From NCBI GenBank assembly GCA_043228905.1, contig JBHGNT010000032.1:261332-325331 (forward strand): DNA of 64,000 bases, written 5' to 3'. Within the stretch, counting starts at the first letter, position 1. Every line of letters starts with the position of its first letter. A program made the translations under genes and the position numbers. This document shows positions 25,416 to 34,859 of the stretch, one piece after another. The notes under the pieces are model-generated. The model saw only the letters and a list, made by a program, of their open reading frames with translations. It did not search any database and was not told where the DNA came from. The DNA is from Azolla caroliniana (Eukaryota > Plantae > Polypodiophyta).

Positions 25416-27326
25416 TTAGTGTGGATCTATAGTAATGTTTTTTGTGTTGACTAGTGAAGAGTGTAGATTTTTAGATTTAGTCCAACAAATTATTGGTTTG
25501 GGGATGTGTTGTAGTAGAGGGTCTTCTTGGAGGTTTAAGTGTAGGCTAGTAAGGGTTTCTTTTATTCCTAGATTAGGGGCTTGGTGTGTGAATTTTAGTT
25601 TAAAGATTATGGGTGTGGGGGTTTGGTTAATGGTTTTGTTTGAGAGGAGAGTTGGTCTAAGGGAATAGGGGTGTTTTTTGAATATATTGAGGATAAAGTG
25701 TGTAGGGTATCCTCGTGCTCGTAGTCTCTTAAAAAATAGTTGTTGCATTTTTAAATAACCTTGGGCTGTACTTTCTCTAATAATGTATCTTTTAAGTTCG
25801 TTCGAGAGGAAGCTTTTTTTGACGTGGATAGGATGTGTCGAGGTGAAGGGTATGTATTGGTAAGTATTAAGTTCTTTTTGAAAACAATTAAAGTTGAAAT
25901 TATTATTAGCGAGGTTTATCCAAAGGTCGAGAAAAGGAAGTTTAGTGAGAGAGGTTTGGATGGTCAGTTTAATGGAGTTTTGAGTGGTAATACTATAGAA
26001 ATTTAGGTAGTCTAAGAGTTGTGTTTTCGTACCGGTCCATACACCAAAGGCATCGTCAATATATCTCGTGAAATAAAATAAATGGGGAGATGGGTTGGAA
26101 TTCTCGAGGTATGACAAAAAAAGGCAAGCATATACTACGGAAAAATTGCTTCCCATGGCTGTGCCTTTAATTTGTTGATAGATTTGGTTATTAAATTTAA
26201 GGAAGTGATATTCTAAGGTTAAGGCGCTGAGAGTATAGATGAGGTTGGCTTTTTGTTTTGAGAAATGGGGGGTAATTAGGTGTTTTAGGGCTAGTAGTCC
26301 TAGTTTTGGTGGAATACTCGGGTAGAGGGATTCTACGTCAAATGAAAAGATGAAGCTATTGGGTGGTGTCGTAAGGTTTTCTAGGGATTGTACTAAGGAG
26401 AATGAGTCTCTAAGGTATTGTTTTTGTTGTAGGAGTATGGGGAGGAGTTGGTGGTGTAGCCACTTAGAAGTTTGTTCAAATAACGAACCGTTGTAAGAAC
26501 AAATAGGCCTATAGCCAATGGGTTCTTTGTGTACTTTGGGTAGGAAGTACATGGTGGGGACTCGGTATTCGTTGGATGGTTTGTGTAAGATGAATTTTAT
26601 TTCTATGAGGGAGAGGGTTCCTAGGTGTTGATTCATTAAGGTTTTTAATCTATGTAGGAGTTCTTCTAAGGGGAAGGTATCTACGGGTTTGTAAGTGGAT
26701 GTATCGGATAGGTGAGCTAGGGCTTTATCTAGGTATGTTTGTTTGTTTAAGACACAAACACCTACATTTTTGTCTGCGGGGAGGATGATAATGTGTTTAT
26801 TGCTTTTAAGGCTTTTTAAGGCTTGTAGTAGGTGTAGTGGAATGTGTTTAGTGGGTAGGTTTGTATTATGGAGTTTTATGGTGAGGAGATTAAGGTGTTT
26901 ATGAAGTATGTCTTCTAACGGTGGGTATTGTGTAGGGGGGTTCCAAGAGGGGTTGGGTAGTTTAAAGGGGTTGTGTGGGGCGGAGGAGTCGTCTTGAAAG
27001 AAATGTCTAAGTCTAAGGGATCTACTAAGGTTATGGAATTCTTGAAGAATAGAAGTGGAGGTGGGGGGAGGGGAGGGAGGTATAAACTTAAGACCTAGGT
27101 TAAGAAGTTTAATTTCTGACTTGCTAAGGGTATGTGTAGAAAGGTTGTGGATTTTACTACTATGAGGGGGACTAAAGGGTGTTGTAAGGGGTTTCCAAAA
27201 TTTATATCTAAGTTTCTTTTTACGTGTTTTTTTTGTATGTGGTCTAAAGGGGATTCTATGTGACATGTTACCTAGCCAATTAGAGGAATCTAGGGGGGTA
27301 GAGTTACCATTAACAAAATACCACAC
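25416..27326 (-). CDS. Penelope-like reverse transcriptase without GIY-YIG endonuclease (frame is open back to 27392; probably translated as an ORF1-RT frameshift fusion)
   Basis: PLE motifs in order: IHNLS..LSKSEIKLLNLGLKFIP, IIILPADKN (DKG-like), YFLPKVHK..YRPI, FDVESLYPSI (motif A), QIKGTAMGS (B), RYIDDAF (C), LPFLDL (E), and thumb YIPFTSTHP..KKSF..ELKRY. The ORF stops right after PIICWTKSKNLHSSLV, where endonuclease-bearing PLEs continue into GIY-YIG. The listed start is GTG; the first ATG is at 27266. Confidence 0.93.
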   Translation of the reverse strand: MWYFVNGNSTPLDSSNWLGNMSHRIPFRPHTKKTRKKKLRYKFWKPLTTPFSPPHSSKIHNLSTHTLSKSEIKLLNLGLKFIPPSPPPTSTSILQEFHNLSRSLRLRHFFQDDSSAPHNPFKLPNPSWNPPTQYPPLEDILHKHLNLLTIKLHNTNLPTKHIPLHLLQALKSLKSNKHIIILPADKNVGVCVLNKQTYLDKALAHLSDTSTYKPVDTFPLEELLHRLKTLMNQHLGTLSLIEIKFILHKPSNEYRVPTMYFLPKVHKEPIGYRPICSYNGSLFEQTSKWLHHQLLPILLQQKQYLRDSFSLVQSLENLTTPPNSFIFSFDVESLYPSIPPKLGLLALKHLITPHFSKQKANLIYTLSALTLEYHFLKFNNQIYQQIKGTAMGSNFSVVYACLFLSYLENSNPSPHLFYFTRYIDDAFGVWTGTKTQLLDYLNFYSITTQNSIKLTIQTSLTKLPFLDLWINLANNNFNFNCFQKELNTYQYIPFTSTHPIHVKKSFLSNELKRYIIRESTAQGYLKMQQLFFKRLRARGYPTHFILNIFKKHPYSLRPTLLSNKTINQTPTPIIFKLKFTHQAPNLGIKETLTSLHLNLQEDPLLQHIPKPIICWTKSKNLHSSLVNTKNITIDPH

Positions 27327-27398
27327 ACGTTTAGTTGGGTGTACGGCGTGTCTAAAACGTCGGTTTGATCTTTTAGCACGCCGTACTAAACGTTTTTT
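27327..27398 (-). promoter_or_regulatory. Predicted -1 programmed ribosomal frameshift signal linking ORF1 and RT
   Basis: Minus strand reads CCA AAA AAC GTT TAG. The heptamer A_AAA_AAC (27398-27392) is in ORF1 phase, followed by a 5-nt spacer and the perfect 10-bp stem GTACGGCGTG/CACGCCGTAC (27386-27377 with 27350-27341), extended by CTAAAA/TTTTAG. The -1 frame is stop-free into the RT ORF. Confidence 0.85.
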
Positions 27399-28115
27399 GG
27401 CCGGTGGAGGTTGTGAGTGGTGGGAAGTGTGATGTGAGAAGAATACATAGGGGATTTAGGGTGACTAGTTGAGGGGTGGATACAACTTGTGGATGGTTTG
27501 GTAGAGGTGGTGTAGGGAGGATGTTGGGTATGGGTTGATTGGGTGTAGTGGTTAGGGATGTAGGGGTTAAGAGAGGTGTATGAGGGGTTGGGGAAGGCTA
27601 AGGGTATTTGGGAAAATAGGGGAGGGTTTATGTTGTGATTGTGGGTAGTTTCTTTAAACCAAGGGGGGCTTAGTGTGTGTGAATAGTTGTGAGAGGGGGG
27701 GGTAGGAAAGGTATTTCTAGAATTATTAGGAGGAGTATAAAAAGAAAACGAAAGAGAAGGAGAGTTAGGGGTAGGGTGAGCGTTAGGATTTACACAGTGG
27801 GTATGGGTAGGAGGGTAAGGATGAGTATTGTTTTGGGGTTGAAGGTCTTCGGGGGAGGGATACAAGGGGGGAGCGATGAAGCTGAATGGGGTGTGTTGGG
27901 GCTGGTGGTGAATCTGATGATAGGTATCCCGCGAATGGTGGAGTGGTGTGTCCTCCTCAAGTGGCGGCTGGAGCTGATAATTGGTGGTGGTTATGTTATT
28001 AATTGCCGTCTCGTATGTTGTCCGAGAGGGAGGTTGATGTTGGAGAGGGTGAGAAAACGGTGGGGGTCGAGGCGTCGGCAGAAGAGGCTGCTGTAATTTG
28101 CAGGGCTGGTCGCAT

Positions 28116-28148
<33 letters not shown>

Positions 28149-30022
28149 TGCGGCTGAAGATCATTGTTGGGTTGGCGTTGATTTATATGTTGATGTCGAT
28201 GCTGATATGAGTGCATTTGGTGTTCTCTTTCCGTCATATATCTCCAGGGCTCGTGGTGTTGCGGTTGCGGAGGCGGCGGCGGCGGCGGCTGAAAACCATT
28301 GTTAGGTTGGCCTCGGTTTTGATGCCGGTAAAGGTATACTTGTTGTTTGTTTTCAGGAGGAAATGGAGAGGAGAAGCTATGGATAGTGTTTGCTTTGGGC
28401 TGAAATGGGGCGGAAGGTATATGGCGGAGTTGTATTCGTTGGAGAAGTTCGGGTTCGTTGAAACCAATAAATTTAACTATTGGTTCGTATTGATTGGAAT
28501 CTAAATTATGGCGCGGGGTAATTTCGTGTGTTGTTATGTTATAAGTGTAGAATTTTTGTCGAGGCTTGGATGGTGGTAATGGTGGCGGCGGCGGTGGTCG
28601 AAGAGGGTGTTGTTGGCGGCGCTGGTGCGGTTGTTGTGAAGGGCCGAAAGGGCGTGTGTATTTTACAGATTTTGGGTGGGGTTTAGGGTTTAGATTCTTA
28701 GTGAGATTGGGTTTGGGTTTCGGGTTAGGGTTATGGTTCGGTTTTGGGTTATGGTTAGGGTTAGGTTTCGGTTTAGAGTTAGGGTTAGGATTCCTATTAG
28801 AGTTTGTTTTAGGGTTGGGTTTAGTATGGTTGGGAGTAGGGTAAGGATTTTGTTTACAAGGATTACGGTGGGATTTGTGGTTAGATGTTATGTTGGGATT
28901 AAAGTTATTGTTTTTCGGGGTAGATTTAGGGATGGGGAGAGGGTTAGGGTTTGATTTTGGGATAGGGTTAGAGTTAATGTTAATAATTGCATCAAGGTGA
29001 GGATTGGATGTGGGGTCAAAGTGTAAACTTTTTTTGTTTTTGGTGATAATGGCTCGGGATGTTTGTGGGTTAGGATTTTGTTCTATAAGCTCCTCGTTTG
29101 TATCTAGATCTATTGGGAGATCTTCTATTTCGTTATCTAATTCAACATTTATATTATCAAAATCATGTGTATTATGGAGTATATCCGAGTGTTGTAACTC
29201 TCTATTGTTATTTCTAATTGTGATTGAAGTTGTTTTGAGTGTATTATTGATGTTGTTAGTAACACCAAACTCTTGGCACTTCGTTAAAAGTTCTATAACA
29301 TGTTCTTCTAACCAATGGTTAATATTGTCTGTAAAAAGGTTAGGCGCTATAAAATTTGAGACCTCTTCTAAGTGCTTAGGGTCTAGTAACTTGGTGCTAA
29401 ATTCGAAGAGTTCTACTCTAACTTTATTTGGGAAATCATCTAAAAGTTTTGTGTATGTGTGAACTAACCTATCTAGGTGTAGAATATAGGTCGTCGCAAG
29501 TTCTTTGTTATATTGACTTGTGAGTGTTAAGAACTCTTGTTGTAGACTATGGTTAAGTTCATGGTGAGTTAGTTTAAGCTTAGGAGGTTGGTTTTTAAGG
29601 CTAGGTGGAAGGGAGCCATGGTTGTAGAGGTTCGAGACTCTAGTTAGTGTGTTGAATGCTTGTTTCTTGTGTCGGAAAAGCTGTTTAAATTCTGTGAACA
29701 TGCGTGTTTTATATTCCTCGAGATACTTTGAGCAAAACGCATATGTTGAAGATGTTACCTTATTAGAGGATGTAGTGTGATCGTTATCTTCAGTGTTGTC
29801 CGTTGATGATGGGATGTGGGTGATCGACGTTAGTCTACAGGGTGTGTTGGTTGGCTTTAGTTTGATTGGTGTAGGGGTTGCCGAAGTGAGTGCTACAATC
29901 GTCTCTATCGTTTGCTGAGGGCACTCGTCACTCGATGGTTGATCAAGGTCGGTTGAGGTCGAACCATTGTGGGTGCCATTCTCCGATAGTAGAGCCTCCA
30001 TAGTAAAATCATGATTTTCCAT
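27386..30022 (-). CDS. PLE ORF1, 878 aa: helical or coiled-coil-like N-terminal part, then NP/KP repeats and a Pro/Gln/His-rich low-complexity region
   Basis: 2.6-kb uninterrupted ORF directly upstream of and co-oriented with the RT. Residues about 95-260 look amphipathic-helical (including GSLPPSLK). Ends at a slippery site. Function is inferred from position. Confidence 0.82.
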
Positions 30023-30694
30023 ATTAATAGACTATATAATGTCTTATACGAGGAGTGCGGGCACGATACTTCTTTGGCTGTGATTAGTGTTATTTGGTTA
30101 ACTATTTGAGGATTTAGGGTTTGGGTTTGAAGGTTTCGGGTATATGGGTTAACTGAGGTTTTTGGGTTAAATATCTTAAGGGTTTAGGGTTTTGTTCGGA
30201 GGGTTTAGGGCATATGGGTAAAATATCTGAGGGTTTAGGGTTTGGTAGACTATATGATGTATTGCACGAGGAAAGCGGGCACGATACTTATTTAGGCTAC
30301 GACTAGTGTTATTAGGTTAACTATTCTTAGGGTTTATGGGTTTGTTCTGAGGGTTTAGGGTATATGGGTTAAAATATTCTGAGGGTTTAGGGTAGTGTGT
30401 GCAAAAGTAAAGGTATTAAGGATTGGTAGGTTTAGGGTTTTAGTGGTAAGGGGAGATATGTTTGGAGAGGTATGATGATGAGGGTATGGGTTGGCGAGGA
30501 TATAATGTGTTAGGGTTATTAGTTTAGGGTTGCGGGTATTGGGTAGGTTAAAGATTAAGGGAAAGAGGGGGGAGTGCCACGTTTTACTTAGTGGGAATGA
30601 AATAGCATATATATTATTCAAAGCACAACTAACCACAACATAAAAACAATAGACACTTGAGAAGAAAATATATATTAATCAAATATATATTAAT

Positions 30695-30753
30695 ATGACC
30701 TATGTAGCAAACTAGTTTCGCTCATATATGGAGCTCATCAGTGCTTAGGTCAT
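30695..30753 (-). ncRNA. Type I minimal hammerhead ribozyme (second copy)
   Basis: Identical to 24571-24629, shifted by 6124 bp. Confidence 0.9.
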
Positions 30754-31539
30754 TTTCGAGTACAAAGGTAAGTTTATATAGGTTTGTGGTAAGGGGGGTG
30801 TAAGATAAGTGGTGGACAAGAGTGATAAATGTGAAAAGAAGTGAGGAGTATGGGAGGGAGTGGTGTAACACGGTGATAAGGGGGCAAGATATGATTTTGT
30901 AAAGGGAGGGAGTGGGTATCATGAGTTTGATAGAGATAAGTGGGTAACTAGAGGGTATAATAATGGTGATAAGTGGGTGACCGGAGGGTATGATAAGTGA
31001 GGGGAGGGGTGTGTATATGTGTGTGATGGTGGCTAGTACGAGGTAAAGATGTGGGTGAAAAACGAGGGGAATACGAATTTAATAGTTATGGGGAATGAGG
31101 AGAGAGAGAGAGAGAGATAGAGTGAGAAATTTAACTAATGAGAAGAGAGTGTGAAAAAAGGTGAGAAAAGAGAGAGGGAGAGAGAGAGAGAGAGAGAGAG
31201 AAAAGAAAAAAAAGAAAGAAAGAAAGAAGAGAGACGTAGAGAAAAGAAAAGGTAGAGAGGGAGAAAAAAGGAAAAGAAAAAAGAGGTGAGTTTTAGAGTG
31301 TAGAGAGGGAGAAAAGTAAAGGTAGAGAGAGAGGAAAAAGAAATGATTTAGAGAGGGAGAAAGGTAAAGGTAGAGAGAGAAAGAGAAGGGGAGGGAAGGA
31401 GGAGATAGAGATAGAGAAAGGGAAAGTTAAGAGAGAAGAAATGTGAAGGTAGAGAGGGAGAAGATAGGGGGAGATCCTCACGTGGTAAATATAGGGAGAT
31501 AAAACTTGTGGTTTAAAAAAATAAAAATATGGAGAGGAG

Positions 31540-33410
31540 TTAGTGTGGATCTATAGTAATGTTTTTTGTGTTGACTAGTGAAGAGTGTAGATTTTTAGAT
31601 TTAGTCCAACAAATTATTGGTTTGGGGATGTGTTGTAGTAGAGGGTCTTCTTGGAGGTTTAAGTGTAGGCTAGTAAGGGTTTCTTTTATTCCTAGATTAG
31701 GGGCTTGGTGTGTGAATTTTAGTTTAAAGATTATGGGTGTGGGGGTTTGGTTAATGGTTTTGTTTGAGAGGAGAGTTGGTCTAAGGGAATAGGGGTGTTT
31801 TTTGAATATATTGAGGATAAAGTGTGTAGGGTATCCTCGTGCTCGTAGTCTCTTAAAAAATAGTTGTTGCATTTTTAAATAACCTTGGGCTGTACTTTCT
31901 CTAATAATGTATCTTTTAAGTTCGTTCGAGAGGAAGCTTTTTTTGACGTGGATAGGATGTGTCGAGGTGAAGGGTATGTATTGGTAAGTATTAAGTTCTT
32001 TTTGAAAACAATTAAAGTTGAAATTATTATTAGCGAGGTTTATCCAAAGGTCGAGAAAAGGAAGTTTAGTGAGAGAGGTTTGGATGGTCAGTTTAATGGA
32101 GTTTTGAGTGGTAATACTATAGAAATTTAGGTAGTCTAAGAGTTGTGTTTTCGTACCGGTCCATACACCAAAGGCATCGTCAATATATCTCGTGAAATAA
32201 AATAAATGGGGAGATGGGTTGGAATTCTCGAGGTATGACAAAAAAAGGCAAGCATATACTACGGAAAAATTGCTTCCCATGGCTGTGCCTTTAATTTGTT
32301 GATAGATTTGGTTATTAAATTTAAGGAAGTGATATTCTAAGGTTAAGGCGCTGAGAGTATAGATGAGGTTGGCTTTTTGTTTTGAGAAATGGGGGGTAAT
32401 TAGGTGTTTTAGGGCTAGTAGTCCTAGTTTTGGTGGAATACTCGGGTAGAGGGATTCTACGTCAAATGAAAAGATGAAGCTATTGGGTGGTGTCGTAAGG
32501 TTTTCTAGGGATTGTACTAAGGAGAATGAGTCTCTAAGGTATTGTTTTTGTTGTAGGAGTATGGGGAGGAGTTGGTGGTGTAGCCACTTAGAAGTTTGTT
32601 CAAATAACGAACCGTTGTAAGAACAAATAGGCCTATAGCCAATGGGTTCTTTGTGTACTTTGGGTAGGAAGTACATGGTGGGGACTCGGTATTCGTTGGA
32701 TGGTTTGTGTAAGATGAATTTTATTTCTATGAGGGAGAGGGTTCCTAGGTGTTGATTCATTAAGGTTTTTAATCTATGTAGGAGTTCTTCTAAGGGGAAG
32801 GTATCTACGGGTTTGTAAGTGGATGTATCGGATAGGTGAGCTAGGGCTTTATCTAGGTATGTTTGTTTGTTTAAGACACAAACACCTACATTTTTGTCTG
32901 CGGGGAGGATGATAATGTGTTTATTGCTTTTAAGGCTTTTTAAGGCTTGTAGTAGGTGTAGTGGAATGTGTTTAGTGGGTAGGTTTGTATTATGGAGTTT
33001 TATGGTGAGGAGATTAAGGTGTTTATGAAGTATGTCTTCTAACGGTGGGTATTGTGTAGGGGGGTTCCAAGAGGGGTTGGGTAGTTTAAAGGGGTTGTGT
33101 GGGGCGGAGGAGTCGTCTTGAAAGAAATGTCTAAGTCTAAGGGATCTACTAAGGTTATGGAATTCTTGAAGAATAGAAGTGGAGGTGGGGGGAGGGGAGG
33201 GAGGTATAAACTTAAGACCTAGGTTAAGAAGTTTAATTTCTGACTTGCTAAGGGTATGTGTAGAAAGGTTGTGGATTTTACTACTATGAGGGGGACTAAA
33301 GGGTGTTGTAAGGGGTTTCCAAAATTTATATCTAAGTTTCTTTTTACGTGTTTTTTTTGTATGTGGTCTAAAGGGGATTCTATGTGGTCTAAAGGGGATT
33401 CTATGTGACA
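31540..33410 (-). pseudogene. Second, 5'-truncated copy of the PLE RT (frame intact, but ORF1, the frameshift site and the ATG are lost)
   Basis: Translation is identical to the first RT except for a duplicated HRIPFRP. The ATG became GTG at the satellite junction, and there is an in-frame TAA a few codons upstream in the satellite. Confidence 0.85.
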
Positions 33411-34859
33411 CGAGCCAGGTATGAACATTTTAATTTACTCAAGGGCTGTTCTCAACTCACTCCTCAAATTTGCTATTTTCGTCATGTCTCTCGACCTGAG
33501 TTTCAAAATCTTGATTTTTTAATTCCATATCATAGCTCGCGTTGTTGGCTTCGATTCGCATGTTTGAACACAAAAATCCGATATCACACGAGCCAGGTAT
33601 GAACATTTTAATTTACTCAAGGGCTCCTCTCAACTCCCTCCTCAAGTTTGCTATTGTCGTCATGTCTCTCGACCTGAGTTTGAAATTCTTGATTTTTTAA
33701 TTCCATATCATAGCTAGCGTTGTTGGCTTCGATTCGCATGTTTGAGCACAAAAATCCGATATCACACGAGCCAGGTATGAACATTTTAATTTACTCAAGG
33801 GCTCCTCTCAACTCCCTCCTCAAGTTTGCTATTTTCGTCATGTCTCTCGACCTGAGTTTCAAAATCTTGATTTTTTAATTCCATATCATAGCTAGCGTTG
33901 TTAGCTTTGATTTGCATGTTTGAACACAAAAATCCGATATCACATGAGCCAGGTATGAACATTTTAATTTCCTCAGGGGCTCCTCTCAACTCCGTCCTCA
34001 ATTTTGCTATTTTCGTCATGTCTCTCGACCTGAGTTTCAAAATCTTGATTTTTTAATTCCATATCATACCTCACGTAGTTGGCTTCGATTCGCATGTTTG
34101 AACACAAAAATCCGATATCACACGAGCCAGGTATGAACATTTTAATTTACTCAAGGGCTGTTCTCAACTCACTCCTCAAATTTGCTATTTTCGTCATGTC
34201 TCTCGACCTGAGTTTCAAAATCTTGATTTTTTAATTCCATATCATAGCTAGCGTTGTTGGCTTCGATTCGCATGTTTGAACACAAAAATCCGATATCACA
34301 CGAGCCAGGTATGAACATTTTAATTTACTCAAGGGCTCCTCTCAACTCCCTCCTCAAGTTTGCTATTTTCGTCATGTCTCTCGACCTGAGTTTGAAATTC
34401 TTGATTTTTTAATTCCATATCATAGCTAGCGTTGTTAGCTTTGATTCGCATGTTTGAACACAAAAATCCGATATCACACGAGCCAGGTATGAACATTTTA
34501 ATTTACTCAAGGGCTCCTCTCAACTCCCTCCTCAAGTTTGCTATTTTCGTCATGTCTCTCGACCTGGGTTTCAAAATCTTGATTTTTTAATTCCATATCA
34601 TAGCTAGCGTTATTAGCTTCGATTCGCATGTTTGAACACAAAAATCCGATATCACACGACCCAGGTATGAACATTTTAATTTACTCAAGGGCTCCTCTCA
34701 ACTCACTCCTCAAATTTGCTATTTTCGTCATGTCTCTCGACCTGAGTTTCAAAATCTTGATTTTATAATTCCATATCATAGCTCGCGTTGTTGCCTTCCA
34801 TTCGCATGTTTGAACACAAAAATCCGATATCACACGAGCCAGGTATGAACATTTTAATT

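Larger units (their letters stand above)
23889..33410 (-). mobile_element. Endonuclease-deficient Penelope-like retroelement (Athena/Coprina-like architecture), partial tandem of about 1.55 units
   Basis: Non-satellite block with a PLE-type RT, an upstream ORF1, a hammerhead ribozyme and a 6124-bp direct-repeat period (25416/31540 and 24231/30355). No LTR termini, integrase, RNase H, APE domain, poly(A) tail or TSD. Confidence 0.93.
30013..33410 (-). repeat. Long direct repeat (pseudo-LTR) of 23889-27265
   Basis: The sequence from gattttccatattaat onward matches 23889-27265 with no differences seen by eye, apart from a 21-bp duplication at 33360-33401. Confidence 0.95.

Noticed and set aside
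25416-27326. Telomerase reverse transcriptase (TERT) gene
   Set aside because: Too short, no recognisable TEN or TRBD/T-motif region, intronless, and duplicated within a mobile unit. PLE RTs are only related to TERT.
25435-32130. Plus-strand ORFs antisense to RT and ORF1 (for example 27689-28096, 28566-28844, 29004-29462)
   Set aside because: Low-complexity G/V/R/L-rich shadows of the biased minus-strand ORFs, with no recognisable domains.
23889-33410. LTR retrotransposon (CRM/ATHILA-like), LINE or DIRS classification
   Set aside because: The direct repeat includes the RT itself. There are no TG..CA ends, PBS, protease, RNase H, integrase, APE domain, tyrosine recombinase or poly(A) tail, and the RT motifs are PLE-type.
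33219-33428. Satellite-initiated fusion ORF expressing the second RT copy
   Set aside because: The satellite ATG (MFIPGS...) is out of frame with the RT and ends after 69 aa. The RT frame has a TAA just upstream of the junction GTG.
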